NCBI GenBank assembly: GCA_002269645.1
Contig: NIVC01000127.1
Span: forward strand, 62,001-126,000
Direction: 5' to 3'
DNA: 64,000 nucleotides
Origin: Macrostomum lignano
Lineage: Eukaryota
Numbering within the stretch: position 1 is the stretch's first letter; each line of letters opens with the position of its first letter. The notes under the pieces are model-generated. The model had not been told where the DNA came from. It searched no databases and was given only the letters and a program-made list of their open reading frames with translations. Positions 1-12,031 of the stretch are shown here, piece by piece. The translations under genes and the position numbers were made by a program.

Positions 1-548
1 GTCACTGTGTCAGGGTGTCACTGTGTCAGGGTGTCACTGTGTCAGGGTGTCACTGTGTCAGGGTGTCACTGTGTCAGGGTGTCACTGTGTCAGGGTGTCA
101 CTGTGTCAGGGTGTCACTGTGTCAGGGTGTCACTGTGTCAGGGTGTCACTGTGTCAGGGTGTCACTGTGTCAGGGTGTCACTGTGTCAGGGTGTCACTGT
201 GTCAGGGTGTCACTGTGTCAGGGTGTCACTGTGTCAGGGTGTCACTGTGTCAGGGTGTCACTGTGTCAGGGTGTCACTGTGTCAGGGTGTCACTGTGTCA
301 GGGTGTCACTGTGTCAGGGTGTCACTGTGTCAGGGTGTCACTGTGTCAGGGTGTCACTGTGTCAGGGTGTCACTGTGTCAGGGTGTCACTGTGTCAGGGT
401 GTCACTGTGTCAGGGTGTCACTGTGTCAGGGTGTCACTGTGTCAGGGTGTCACTGTGTCAGGGTGTCACTGTGTCAGGGTGTCACTGTGTCAGGGTGTCA
501 CTGTGTCAGGGTGTCACTGTGTCAGGGTGTCACTGTGTCAGGGTGTCA
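1..548. repeat. 16-bp minisatellite (gtcactgtgtcagggt)n, about 34 essentially perfect copies, truncated by the window start
   Basis: Direct reading of the periodicity. It explains the '[16 protein letters not shown]' ORFs in all three + frames. Confidence 0.98.
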
Positions 549-577
549 GCATCAATCTGCGTCAGGCCATCGCTCAC

Positions 578-2244
578 ACCATCGCCAATCAGAGTGACAG
601 CGGCCCAGCCCTGTTCCTTCGTCCCCGCATCCACGGTGCCGATGTACAGCCGGCCCCGCAGCGGCTCCCAGAGGTCGTCACGGTCCGCTCCCCGCAGCCG
701 GTTCTCCAAGATGGCGCCATCCGATGCTCGCCGAAGCTCCGCTGGCAGCAGCTCCGGCAGCAGGAAGCGGTTCAGTCTGGTTGCCAGGCGCCACTGCTGG
801 CGGAACGCCGCGAATTCCACAGCCAGCTGGTCACCGCTGCTCCCATTGAATTTCAGCGTCACCGAGGTGCTCGCGCTGACTTCCGGCGCGTTGAACAGAC
901 GCACGTCCCCTGTCGCAGCACCAGTGAATATAGCTCTCGGATTCCAGCATCAGCAGAGCCTTCACTACTTCACTCTGTCCTGCACTCTCCCATCTCCCTC
1001 TCTCCCAACCCCCTCTCTCCCATCTCCCTCTCTCCCGTCTCCCTCTCTCCCGTCTCCCTCTCTCTCCCATCTCCCTCTCTCCTATCTCCCTCTCTCCCAT
1101 CTCCCTCTCTTCCATCTCCCTCTCTCCCATCTCCCTCTCTCCCATCTCCCTCTCTCCCATCTCCCTCTCTTCCATCTCCCTCTCTTCCATCTCCCTCTCT
1201 CCCATCTCCCTCTCTCCCATCTCCCTCTCTCCCATCTCCCTCTCTCCCATCTCCCTCTCTCCCATCTCCCTCTCTCCCATCTCCCTCTCTCCCATCTCCC
1301 TCTCTCCCATCTCCCTCTCTCCCATCTCCCTCTCTCCCATCTCCCTCTCTCCCATCTCCCTCTCTCCCATCTCCCTCTCTCCTGTCTCCCTCTCTCCCGT
1401 CTCCCTCTCTCTTATCTCCCTCTCTCCCATCTCCCTCTCTCCCATCTCCCTCTCTCCCATCTCCCTCTCTCCCATCTCCCTCTCTCCCATCTCCCTCTCT
1501 CCCATCTCCCTCTCTCCCATCTCCCTCTCTCCCATCTCCCTCTCTCCCATCTCCCTCTCTCCCATCTCCCTCTCTCCCATCTCCCTCTCTCCCATCTCCC
1601 TCTCTCCCATCTCCCTCTCTCCCATCTCCCTCTCTCCCATCTCCCTCTCTCCCATCTCCCTCTCTCCCATCTCCCTCTCTCCCATCTCCCTCTCTCCCCT
1701 CTCCCTCTCTCTCATCTCCCTCTCTCTCATCTCCCTCTCTCCCATCTTCCTCTTTCCCATCTCCCTCTCTCCCATCTCCCTCTCTCCCATCTCCCTCTCT
1801 CCCATCTCCCTCTCTCCCATCTCCCTCTCTCCCGTCTCCCTCTCTCCCGTCTCCCTCTCTCTCCCATCTCCCTCTCTCCTATCTCCCTCTCTCCCATCTC
1901 CCTCTCTCCCATCTCCCTCTCTCCCCTCTCCCTCTCTCCCATCTCCCTCTCTCCCATCTCCCTCTCTCCCATCTCCCTCTCTCCCAACTCCCTCTCTCCC
2001 ATCCCCTCTCTCCCATCTCCCTCTCTCTCATCTCCCTCTCTCTCATCTCTCTCTAATCTGCCTTACCAGTCTCCAATATCTAATCTTCACCGCACTCACA
2101 CAGGATAAACAGAGTTTTAGAGAAGGTCTGGTTCTCCAGGACACGAACTGCCGACCTCTCAGCGGCAGATGAGACGGTGCAGATCGCAGAACCGTGCAAT
2201 AATAATACTTGCACTCGAAGCAAAAGCCGAAAAAGTCGAAGCAT
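578..2244 (-). CDS. 5' exons of an unidentified protein with a signal-peptide-like N-terminus; probably continues beyond the window start
   Basis: Exon 1 is 2244-2100 ([31 protein letters not shown]...TLFIL), donor T|GTGAGT, phase 1. Exon 2 is about 909-578 (cag|GG GAC GTG..., [11 protein letters not shown]...AVTLIGDG), candidate donor GTGAGC. Phases agree. The exact acceptor is uncertain and I recognise no family. Confidence 0.5.
989..2055. repeat. 15-bp CT-rich minisatellite (ctcccatctccctct)n, intronic
   Basis: Direct periodicity. Source of the SPSLP/HLPLS/GEREM ORFs. Confidence 0.97.
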
Positions 2245-2844
2245 TTGCCTTCTCGGCCCTGTCAACTGTCTGATTTCGAGTTTAGATTTAGAAGAGTATT
2301 GTATTCCTGGTTCGCCAGAAACTCCATATATCTGAGCTGCTCTGGCCAGGGTTGGACCCGATAACAGGCGCAGACAGGGCAGCGTACAGTGCCAGGGACA
2401 GAAAAGGGCTCTGCACTGGCCTCACTGCGAGTAATTATGTACTTTTGAATCGGCACGTGAGCGAGTGAGGCGTACATATTTCCCCCCTCTCCCATCTCCC
2501 TCTCACCCTGTCCACATGTGTGCAGCTTGTGCAGTGCTAGAATTGCATTACTCGTAATAAATGAATGACATTCAATTTCTTTGAATGCTAATATTTATTT
2601 TATTCTTCGCCTGTGGTTGTCTCTGCAAGTATTTAACTGATGTTAATCTGCTAGCTAGAATTTTAACTAACTGCCAAACAGTTGACCTGAGATGAACTTT
2701 CCGTTTTGATTGAAGCAACTGGGTTGCGCGAGGGGGGCTGGATTAATTTCAAGTTTATTTAACCATTGTTTCATTCATTCATTCATTCGTCAGCTGGTCA
2801 GTGGCAGTCTGATAAAATGGGGACTGCTCTCGTGCTTTCTCTGT

Positions 2845-3495
2845 GAGAGAGAGATAAGAGAGAGGGAGATGGGAGAGAGAGGGAGACGGGAGAGAGGGAG
2901 ATGGGAGAGAAAGGGATACGGGAGAGAGGGATACGGGAGAGAGGGAGACGGGAGAGAGGGAGATAGGAGAGAGGGAGATGGGAGAGAGGGAGATGGGAGA
3001 GAGGGAGATAGGAGAGAGGGAGATAGGAGAGAGGGAGATAGGAGAGAGGGAGATGGGAGAGAGGGAGATAGGAGAGAGGGAGATGAGAGAGAGGGGGAGA
3101 CGGGAGAGAGGGAGATAGGAGAGAGGGAGATAGGAGAGAGGGAGATAGGAGAGAGGGAGATGGGAGAGAGGGAGATAGGAGAGAGGGAGATGAGAGAGAG
3201 GGGGAGACGGGAGAGAGGGAGATGGGAGAGAGGGAGATGGGAGAGAGAGGGAGACGGGAGAGAGGGAGATGGGAGAGAGGGAGATGGGAGAGAGAGGAGA
3301 CGGGAGAGAGGGAGATGGGAGAGAGGGAGATGGGCTAGAGGGAGATAGGAGAGAGGGAGATGGGAGAGAGGGAAATGGGAGAGAGAGGGAGACGGGAGAG
3401 AGGGAGATGGGAGAGAGGGAGATGAGAGAGAGAGGGAGACGGGAGAGAGGGAGATGGGAGAGAGGGAGATAGGAGAGAAGGAGATGGGAGAGAGA
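2845..3495. repeat. 15-bp GA-rich minisatellite (gggagagagggagat)n, the reverse complement of the 989-2055 array
   Basis: The unit is the reverse complement of the upstream CT unit. Confidence 0.95.
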
Positions 3496-4184
3496 ATGAA
3501 GTAAAGGGCGGGGATAATCTAGCTAATTGCGGATTTCGACTTAAATCAAGAGGTGTCATTTTTTGCTGAGCTGAGAGGTAGAAACAAATTACTTTAGTTG
3601 AAGGTACAGAGATTTAGATAATTGTGAATTATTTGAAATCTATAATGACACGCTCGTACTAAGCCTCACATACAACTTGAGAATCGTAGCACTGGAAGGA
3701 TAGGAAGTCAAATTGATTCTATTATGGAATTCCAATTCTCAGTATTCTCCAATTTCAAATTCCGTGTATACATGTATGTCAGATAGAGAGCCCTGGGGGC
3801 AAGCAAATGAAATTAATCCATGTCTAGTCGATTTCGCTGATAACTAGATAGATTTTATTCAACCAAACTATGCCGGATGATAAGATGATACGGTTGCAAT
3901 AACAATCAGATTTTCTCGTTAACTTGTCGGCCTTCGAGAGCTTCAACGTGTTGAAAAAAGATGCGCAACCAGTGTTACGCCTCTGATCAGTGATCAGTCT
4001 CCTACATCATACAGACACAGCATACAGATACAGTTTATTAGAAAACTATACTGGAAACACATTTGCCATTTTAAATGCAACTGATACCAAAATAGTGAAG
4101 CTACTAGCAATCCAGCCCGTTTGGCGAGCGCAAAAATGAAAATTAAAATATGGCTGAAATATTAAATAATGGACCCATGCTTCC

Positions 4185-4545
4185 AGTAAGCCTTGACATC
4201 TCAGTAATTCTCCCCGTAAGCCTCGACATCCCAGCAACTCCTCCCATTAGCCTCGTAGTCTCAGGAATTCCCCCAGCTGTAAGCCTCATCCCAGCAATCC
4301 CCCCATAAGCCTTGACATCCCAGCAATCCCCCCATAAGCCTTGACATCCCAGCAATCCCCCCATAAGCCTTGACATCTCAGCAATCCCCCCATAAGCCTT
4401 GACATCTCAGCAATTCCCCCATAAGCCTTGACATCCCAGCAATTCCACAATAAGCCTTGACATCCCAGCAATTCCACAATAAGCCTTGACATCCCAGCAA
4501 TTCCCCCATAAGCCTTGACATCTCAGCGATTCCCCCATAAGCCAT
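4185..4545. repeat. 29-bp minisatellite (cagcaatccccccataagccttgacatcc)n, about 12 copies, degenerate at the left end
   Basis: Direct periodicity. Confidence 0.93.
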
Positions 4546-4687
4546 CCAGGATGACAGGTTTTGTGATCCTGTACATTAGTTAATGACCCTAAGAATGTAC
4601 ATATAGAAGGCAATAAAATAGGGCGGGGGAAGGGGCAGGGGGTAGAGCGTGGAAGACGCAGTCGGGGCGTTTGGGCTCAGGGGTGTA

Positions 4688-6005
4688 TACCGGTATATAT
4701 TATATTAAGACGTAGAGGGGAGGCCCATTGCGCGATCGCAGAACAGGCGGGAGGGGCAGGCAGCAGCAGCCTGAGCGGTCAGCTCAAGCGCCTGCAACTC
4801 AGCGATGAAGCAGTCCGCCAGAGTGGCAGTGCGGGCCTGGCCGCGGCGCAATCGCTCGGTCGGCCGGTGCAGCATGGCCAGTGCCAGAGGGACGGGCGCA
4901 CCGCGACCCAGGGTCCGTAGGCAGTGGCCCAGCAGCATCTGGCGGCGCCGGCGCAGGGTAGCGCCTTCAAGATTCAAGATTCACCTCCAAGATTGTCTCC
5001 ATCCCGAAGAAAGGCGCCTCCACCAGCTTGGTTAACCAGCGGGGCATCGCGCTGGAATGCACAACGCCGAAGCTGCTGAACGCGATTCTGCGCAACCGCC
5101 TCCTGCTCGGCCTCAACCCGCTGCTGCTGAGCCTCCAAAGCGGCTTCCGCCGGGCAGGTTCACCACCGAGCAGGTTGCCACCATCCGCTCTGTCATCAAG
5201 GCCTGCAAGACCCGCCAGCGCTCCGTGTCAATCATCTTCGTCGACTTTCGCAAGGCGTTTGACTCGGTGTCCAGGCCTGCGATCGCGTGGCTTCTCTCTC
5301 ATTATGGCGTACCTGCTGCGCTGGGCTTTTGTCATGTCGAGCGACGGCCCCACAGAAGAGTTCGGCACCAGCTCAGGCGTCCTTCAGGGCGACACGCTGG
5401 CTCCTCTGCTCTTCCTCGTGGGTGTGGACTACGTGCTTCATCGATCCCTCCGCGAGGATGACAGCTACTTGCTGGTCCCACGCCGAAGCTCCAGACACCC
5501 TGCTGTTTCGCTTCCCGCTCTCACGTATGCTGACGACATCGCGCTGCCCAGCGCGCTCTCACAAAGCTCTGCGACGAGGGCGCCCGTGTTGGGCTGCTGG
5601 TGAACGCTCGCAAGACGGAGGCGCTGCACGTGGGCACGAATACCGCCCCAACTCTCAGGCTGGCCCAATGGAGACCGCATCGCGGTGTGCGAGGACTTCA
5701 GGTACCACAGCGCCCTGGTGATGAACCCCAATGCGATTGTCTCTGACAGGAGGAACCAGGCCTGGCACGCACCTCCTCAGGAAAGTTTTTAATTCAGCTG
5801 CCAGAGACGGCCTGAAGGTGCGCCTGTTCCGCGCGGCCGTCGGGCTGATTCTCCTGTACGGCATGGAGGCTGTGCCGCTGACCGAGACGAGAGAGCGAGC
5901 CCTGGACGCGCTCTACCGATCGCTGCTGCGCTACGCGCTGAGTGTGCACTACCCGGAGCGCCTGCCGTCCAACGCTCTGATGGCCCGCGCTGGAACTCCG
6001 CTCGG
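4688..6005. mobile_element. Decayed, 5'-truncated non-LTR retrotransposon (LINE) RT fragment with an internal inversion
   Basis: + strand 4981-6005, frameshifted RT motifs: SKIVSIPKKG..NQRGIAL, QSGFR, IFVDFRKAFDSV, QGDTLAPLLF, YADD, then LRYAL..ARAGTPL. - strand 4977-4705 carries the typical post-RT C-terminus (ATLRRRRQMLLGHCLR...RRGQARTAT) followed by a TA-rich tail. Clade not resolved. Confidence 0.9.
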
Positions 6006-6634
6006 GGTGTAAGCGGTCGATAAACGGGCTATTAGCCACAAGACAGTCAACTGAGTCAAGAAGAATGCGAGCGATAGGATAACCAGCCAAAGTTTGTTAC
6101 ACAAAGGTTATCTGTTTTTAAGGTTTCTTAGAGACAGGGCCGTAGCCTAGTGGTCCAGCGCGGCGTTCTTATTGCCAGCGGCCAACCGCCCAGGCTCGCT
6201 CCAGTGCAGTCACATTAATTTGGGGTTAAATTGGAAGATCTAAGAGTAAGAGGCAGTGATTTACAGATGAAAAAAGTTTCTATGTGGCTGCTTTTTACTT
6301 AGTCAAAGGGTTTTAGTAGTCCTTGTACCTGGGCGCACAAATGTTTCTAATATAGCTCGAAATACACTCAGCAACATGAACTAATTGACAATGTTGACAA
6401 TACCCTAATATCAGTTTATTTTTCTTCATATCAGCTTGACTGCGAAATCAGCCCATACGAGCCCGCGGACGTGTTGTGAATTGCGTCACTTGGGGCTGAG
6501 ATCTGAGGAAAGTTGACCACTGGTTTTGGGGTTGGAACTTGAACATGTTGCTGAGTGTACATGCTCAAGGGAAAGAGTTTAAGCATCAGAAATAGGCGGA
6601 GTGGCTCATCGAGGGTTTTATAGTAATCTTTAGC

Positions 6635-9600
6635 CTACACCGAGCTGATGATTTGCGTCACTCGCAACGCCACCCCTTCCTGTGCTACGACGCCTCCCGC
6701 CCGCGGTCTGGCAGCCAGGCCGACTGTTGCTATGGCAACCGGCTGCCTAGCCGGCTCGGATCGGCAGCGAGCGGCGTCCAGCAGAGCCCGCTTGTAATTA
6801 TCGTTCATGAACAGGTAGAAAAACGGATTTAAGAATGCGTTCATGTAGCACATTATCCAGGACATGATGTACACGGAGTCTGTCTTTCGGATTGCGGTGC
6901 GCTGCATCATTATCATGTTATCCAGGATGTGCCAGGGCAAATTGGCTAGCAGGAAGGACACCAGGACGCAGGTTACCATGCGGAAGGATTTGCTCAGCCG
7001 GCCGCTGGTAGCTGATGAAGCTGGGCGAGCGAACCGGTCGGAAAGCTGAGGCTTCTGCGAGGTGGCGCTCTGAAATTGGGGAGAATTTAGGAGATTCATA
7101 AGCAGTGATGAGGCTGTTTTGATGTCGGAGGAGTGAACAGATCGAGCAGTGATGAGGCTTTAATGATCTCGGAGGAGTGAACAGATTGAGCATTGATGAG
7201 GCTGCAATGATCTCGGAGGAGTGAACAGATTGAGCAGTGATGAGGCTGCAATGATCTCGGAGGAGTGAACAGATTGAGCAGTGATGAGGCTGCAATGATC
7301 TCGGAGGAGTGAACAGATTGAGCAGTGATGAGGCTGCAATGATCTCGGAGGAGTGAGCAGAAGTTACACAGAGCCTTGAGTACATTCAATCGAATGATTT
7401 ATTCAAATCGAGCATAATTTTATCTGGCATTATGGCTGACTTGGCCGGTCTCAGTTCCCACTGCGGACTACAAATATGATTATGCATATTTTCATTTCCG
7501 CATTGCAGGGGTGGCCAGCATCTCTATTCTATGAGCCCTAGCTCATTATCTGCCGGACAGATTTGATTAGGGCTCCGGGCAATAAAGTCTTGATAGTTCT
7601 TTTAGTAGCAGAAGAAGAAGAAGCCAGCAACAGCAGCGGAAGAAGAACCAGTAGTAGACGTTAGAGCCGTCCCAGGCTTAATGAGCTCGGCAGTAATTAG
7701 CCCTGAGATCCGAGGCTGGCTTAGGGCTGCTCGGCTAAACTGTGCTCAGGAAAGGTGGGGTGGACACCGCATAGTGACTGATTTAAACTGATTGAAGCTG
7801 CTAGCAAAGCCACGCATCGAACAGTTTGCTGAAGCTGATAACCCGCTAGCTTAATCCGGCATTGCGAAAGGATTATTGGAAGGACCGGCAGATTATCTCC
7901 CCTTCCCCCTTTGGTCGCTGTCTCTCTATCTCCATCAATATCCTTGTGCCCGAGCAAATTGAAGGCTTTGGATGTAGAATGGAGAAGCTCAAAAAACATA
8001 CAGAAGGGAGGCTTCTCTCTTCCTTGCCCAGCCTCGAGGGAATTCCGCTTCATCCCAACACTCCGCCTCCCTTTTCTCCTTTTCTCTCTGACTTTGAGGT
8101 AGCAGCCAATCTAGCTGAGTTGCCTTTCATTCATTCCGCTTTCCGTTGTCGAAATTCCTACTTTTCTAGTTCAAATCATTCGGTCTCTCCGGAACTGTGG
8201 AGTCCCAATTTAAAAAAGTCACTTTTGCTTTTTACTCGGCCTCATCACACGAGTGATCGTTCAGACGGAGAGTTGCTTTACGCTATCTGGTTTGCTTTGA
8301 CTCTTAGGGTTTGTCTGACCGTCGCCGGTGTTGGATCCCGGAAGAAATGATTCAGGGACGGACTTATTCCTAAGCTTGTGGGTTAGCTTTTCCGAGTTTC
8401 AAACAATCAAGAGTTCCCGCAGAAGACTTTCTATAGATGACTACTGCTATGGTCCTCATCTACTGGTTTCCAGCTTGAGATTTCAATCTAGCGGGTCTCT
8501 ATTTGTGGTCCCAGCTACGGTCCCAACTACGGTCCCAGCTACGGTCCCAGCTACGGTCCCAGCTACGGTTCCAGCTACGGTCCCAGCTACGGTCCCAGCT
8601 ACGGTCCCAGCTACGGTCCCAGCTACGGTCCCAGCTACGGTCCCAGCTACAGTCCCAGCTACGGTCCCAGCTGAAGTCCCAGCTACGGTCTCAGCTGCAG
8701 TCCCAGCTGAAGTCCCAGCTGAAGTCCCAGCTGCAGTCCCAGCTACGGTCCCAGCTACAATCCCAGCTACGGTCTCAGCTACGGTCTCAGCTACGGTCCC
8801 AGCTACAGTCCCAGCTACGGTCTCAGCTACGGTCCCAGCTACAGTCCCAGCTACAGTCCCAGCTACGGTCCCAGCTACGGTCCCAGCTGAAGTCCCAGCT
8901 TTAGTCCCAGCTGCAGTCCCAGCTGAAGTCCCAGCTGAAGTCCCAGCTACAGTCCCAGCTACAATCCCAGCTACGGTCCCAGCTACGGTCTCAGCTAAGG
9001 TCTCAGCTACGGTCCCAGCTACGGTCCCAGCTACGGTCCCAGCTCAAAACAGCCGCAACTCTCACAATCGACGGCTGCAACACTCGAGGAGGATTTCGCC
9101 CTCCGCTGCCGCCCTGGCTGGCCCTGAGCAGCGTGTCGGAGCGCCCGACAGCCCTGGTGGTCCTGGCGCTACGCAAGATCCGCATGACCACGGCCGAGTA
9201 GAAGAACACCAGCAGAATGATGGGGATGTACAGGGCCAGCGTGCGCTGCACCAGAGCCGCGGTGGGATTTCTATAGATGGGATGCGAGCACCGGATCGGC
9301 TGGCTGCCGTTGGTGCTACTCCGGAACCCGGTGGCGATCACCCAGACGGGGAAAGTGGCGACATTCCTGGCCGCGGTCAGCAGCCACAAGGCGACGCAGA
9401 GTCGCACCTGGTTGGCCCGGTGCATCCAGCGCTTATGCGCGAACACGCAGTTAGTTGCCAGGAAACGGTCGAAGGCCACGGCGGTGACGCTGGCGACGCT
9501 GACGTTGGTGCTGGTGTAGTCGCAGGTGATCCACAGGTCGCAGAGCCACAGTGGCAGCGGCCAGGTGTCAAACAGGGTGTCGGCCAGGTAGCCGGGCAGG

Positions 9601-9827
9601 GCCGTGGCGCCGATCATGATGTCCGAAGTGACCATCAGGCCGACTATCAGGGCGTGTCCGGGCACCCGGCGGGGCTCCGGGCGGCGAAGGAAGACGGCCA
9701 GCACGGCGGAGTTGACCAAAGTGATGAAGCCGCTAAGCAGCAGGCCGAGGGTGCCGTAGAGCAGCCGCTGGCTGTCCGAGTACTGCCGCTTGAGTTCAGT
9801 TGGCGGAGTGAAATTCCAAGCGGGCAT
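6635..9827 (-). CDS. Rhodopsin-family (class A) GPCR, muscarinic/histamine/aminergic-like, 2 coding exons, about 398 aa
   Basis: Exon 1 is 9827-9066 (TM1-5: NSAV, TSDIMIG, WPLPLWLCDLWITCDYTSTNVS, FDRF), donor ATT|GTGAGA, phase 0. Exon 2 is 7069-6635 (ttcag|SATSQ...; TM6 FLLANLPW, TM7 CYMNAFLNPFFY), ending in TAG. Phases match. Confidence 0.9.
7095..7360. repeat. 44-bp minisatellite, about 6 copies (gagtgaacagattgagcagtgatgaggctgcaatgatctcggag), in the GPCR intron
   Basis: Period of 44 measured (7219 to 7263). Confidence 0.93.
8508..9045. repeat. 12-bp minisatellite (gtcccagctacg)n in the GPCR intron
   Basis: Direct periodicity. Source of the VPAT/SQLR ORFs. Confidence 0.96.
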
Positions 9828-10138
9828 TTTCTGATCAACTGTCGGAGCGGCTGCAGCAGATGATGATGAGGATGAGCACTATGTGGATACAGCCTTGCGT
9901 AGCTTTCGGCTGAGCAGTTCATTAAGCTGTGAATTCAACGGGACTGCAAGATGGACAAGACAGCCAATAGCCGCTCAGCAAGGGGACTCAGTGAAAGTCT
10001 CAGGAGGAGCTCAGGAGGCGGAGCCTGTCAGAGAGCATTATAGTGCGCTGCGAAGAATTGAAAAGTTGTTGGCCGAGTGCTCGAATCTCATTTGGTGTGA
10101 ATAATTTAACTGGCTAGAAATCGATTCCTTAATCCGTG

Positions 10139-11010
10139 TTGGCTAGATTAGCAATCCACTCTATTCCTTTATCCATGTAGGCTAGATTAGCAATCCATTC
10201 TATTCCTTTATCCATGTAGGCTAGATTAGCAATCCACTCTATTCCTTTATTCGCGTAGGCTAGATTAGCAATCCATTCTATTCCTTTATTCACGTAGGCT
10301 AGATTAGCAATCCATTCTATTCCTTTATCCAATGTAGGCTAGATTAGCAATCCATTCTATTCCTTTATCCATGTAGGCTAGATTAGCAATCCATTCTATT
10401 CCTTTATCCATGTAGGCTAGATTAGCAATCCATTCTATTCCTTTATCCAATGTAGGCTAGATTAGCAATCCATTCTATTCCTTTATCCAATGTAGGCTAG
10501 ATTAGCAATCCATTCTATTCCATTATCCATGTAGGCTAGATTAGCAATCCATTCTATTCCTTTATCCATGTAGGCTAGATTAGCAATCCATTCTATTCCT
10601 TTATTCATGTAGGCTAGATTAGCAATCCACTCTATTCCTTTATCCAATGTAGGCTAGATTAGCAATCCATTCTATTCCTTTATTCACGTAGGCTAGATTA
10701 GCAATCCATTCTATTCCTTTATCCAATGTAGGCTAGATTAGCAATCCATTCTATTCCTTTATCCAATGTAGGCTAGATTAGCAATCCATTCTATTCCTTT
10801 ATTCATGTAGGCTAGATTAGCAATCCACTCTATTCCTTTATCCAATGTAGGCTAGATTAGCAATCCATTCTATTCCTTTATTCACGTAGGCTAGATTAGC
10901 AATCCATTCTATTCCTTTATCCAATGTAGGCTAGATTAGCAATCCATTTTATTCCTTTATTCATGTAGGCTAGATTAGCAATCCATTCTATTCCTTAACT
11001 ATCCAGGTAG
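10139..11010. repeat. 39/40-bp minisatellite (gctagattagcaatccattctattcctttatccatgtag)n
   Basis: Direct periodicity, about 22 copies. Confidence 0.96.
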
Positions 11011-11301
11011 GCTAGATCAGCAATTCATTTTACTGGCTAAATTTCGCCATTACTTAGCCAGCTAGAAGTGGTTTCCTAGAAATTCTCGCCCTCCAACTGT
11101 TGCTAAAAATAGCATCTCTCCCACGCGGCGTTGCTGGCAGCCAGGAGCGGCCCAACGATGCCGAAGCCCATGGGAGTGGCCCGCCAGTCGGCTGAGAACT
11201 TTTCTCACCGAGGGCGCTGCAGCGATCAGAGACCGCCGGAGGCAATAAAAAGTCTCTCGGCTACTAGGGGCGGGTCCCAGCAGAAGACAAGCTGTCTCAA
11301 C

Positions 11302-12000
11302 ATGGCGGCCGCCCGCAGTCAGCAGCAGCAGCAGGATCTGGCTGTCCAGGCTGGCCTAGTCAGCTCCCTAACCAGCCTGTTCTCGCAGAAGCTCAACTCA
11401 ACCGAGGAGCTCAAAAAGGTGCCAGTAGTGAAGCCTGTGCCAATTAGATTGAGGCCCCAGCCGCCGCCGGCCTCGCACCTGGGCTACACTCAGGTTGGCA
11501 AGCCAGCTCTGATTCAGCTGGTGCATAATTCTTCACCGGAGTATAACCAGCAGCACCAGCAGCACCAGCAGCACCAGCAGCACCAGCAGCACCAGCAGCA
11601 CCAGCAGCACCAGCAGCAGGCAGCTTACGTCACTAAAAAGACGAAGTACTCGTCTAGAAGCGACTTGAACGGAGGTGGGTCAGGCCAGGCTGGGACGGAC
11701 AAGTACCACCTGGAAGAGTGGACGGTCTACGAGACTCTTCCAGCCGACCTGGCAGCCACTTCAACTTCGTCCAAGTCGGCAGCCGAAGCCGAAGCTGAGC
11801 GTCGACGTTTGAAGGCGGAGTTTGAGGAGAAGCGCCGGCTTCAACGCGTCCAGCGGGAGCGGCAAAGGCCGGCGGCTCCGGCTGCGACGCCCGAGATGTT
11901 CACCAGAGAGGAGTGGACAGTCTACGAGACGGTGCCGAGCCAGCGAGTCCAGGTAACTCGGTCAGCTAGTTCCGGCGCTCACCGGACTGCTCAATTGAGT

Positions 12001-12031
<31 letters not shown>

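Noticed and set aside
7-2108. Long + strand ORFs (196-697 aa) of [18 protein letters not shown] repeats
   Set aside because: They are translations of minisatellites, open in several frames, and lie on the strand opposite the spliced gene.
8328-9863. 511-aa + strand ORF with VPAT repeats (mucin or antifreeze-like appearance)
   Set aside because: It is a 12-bp array plus the antisense of the GPCR exon.
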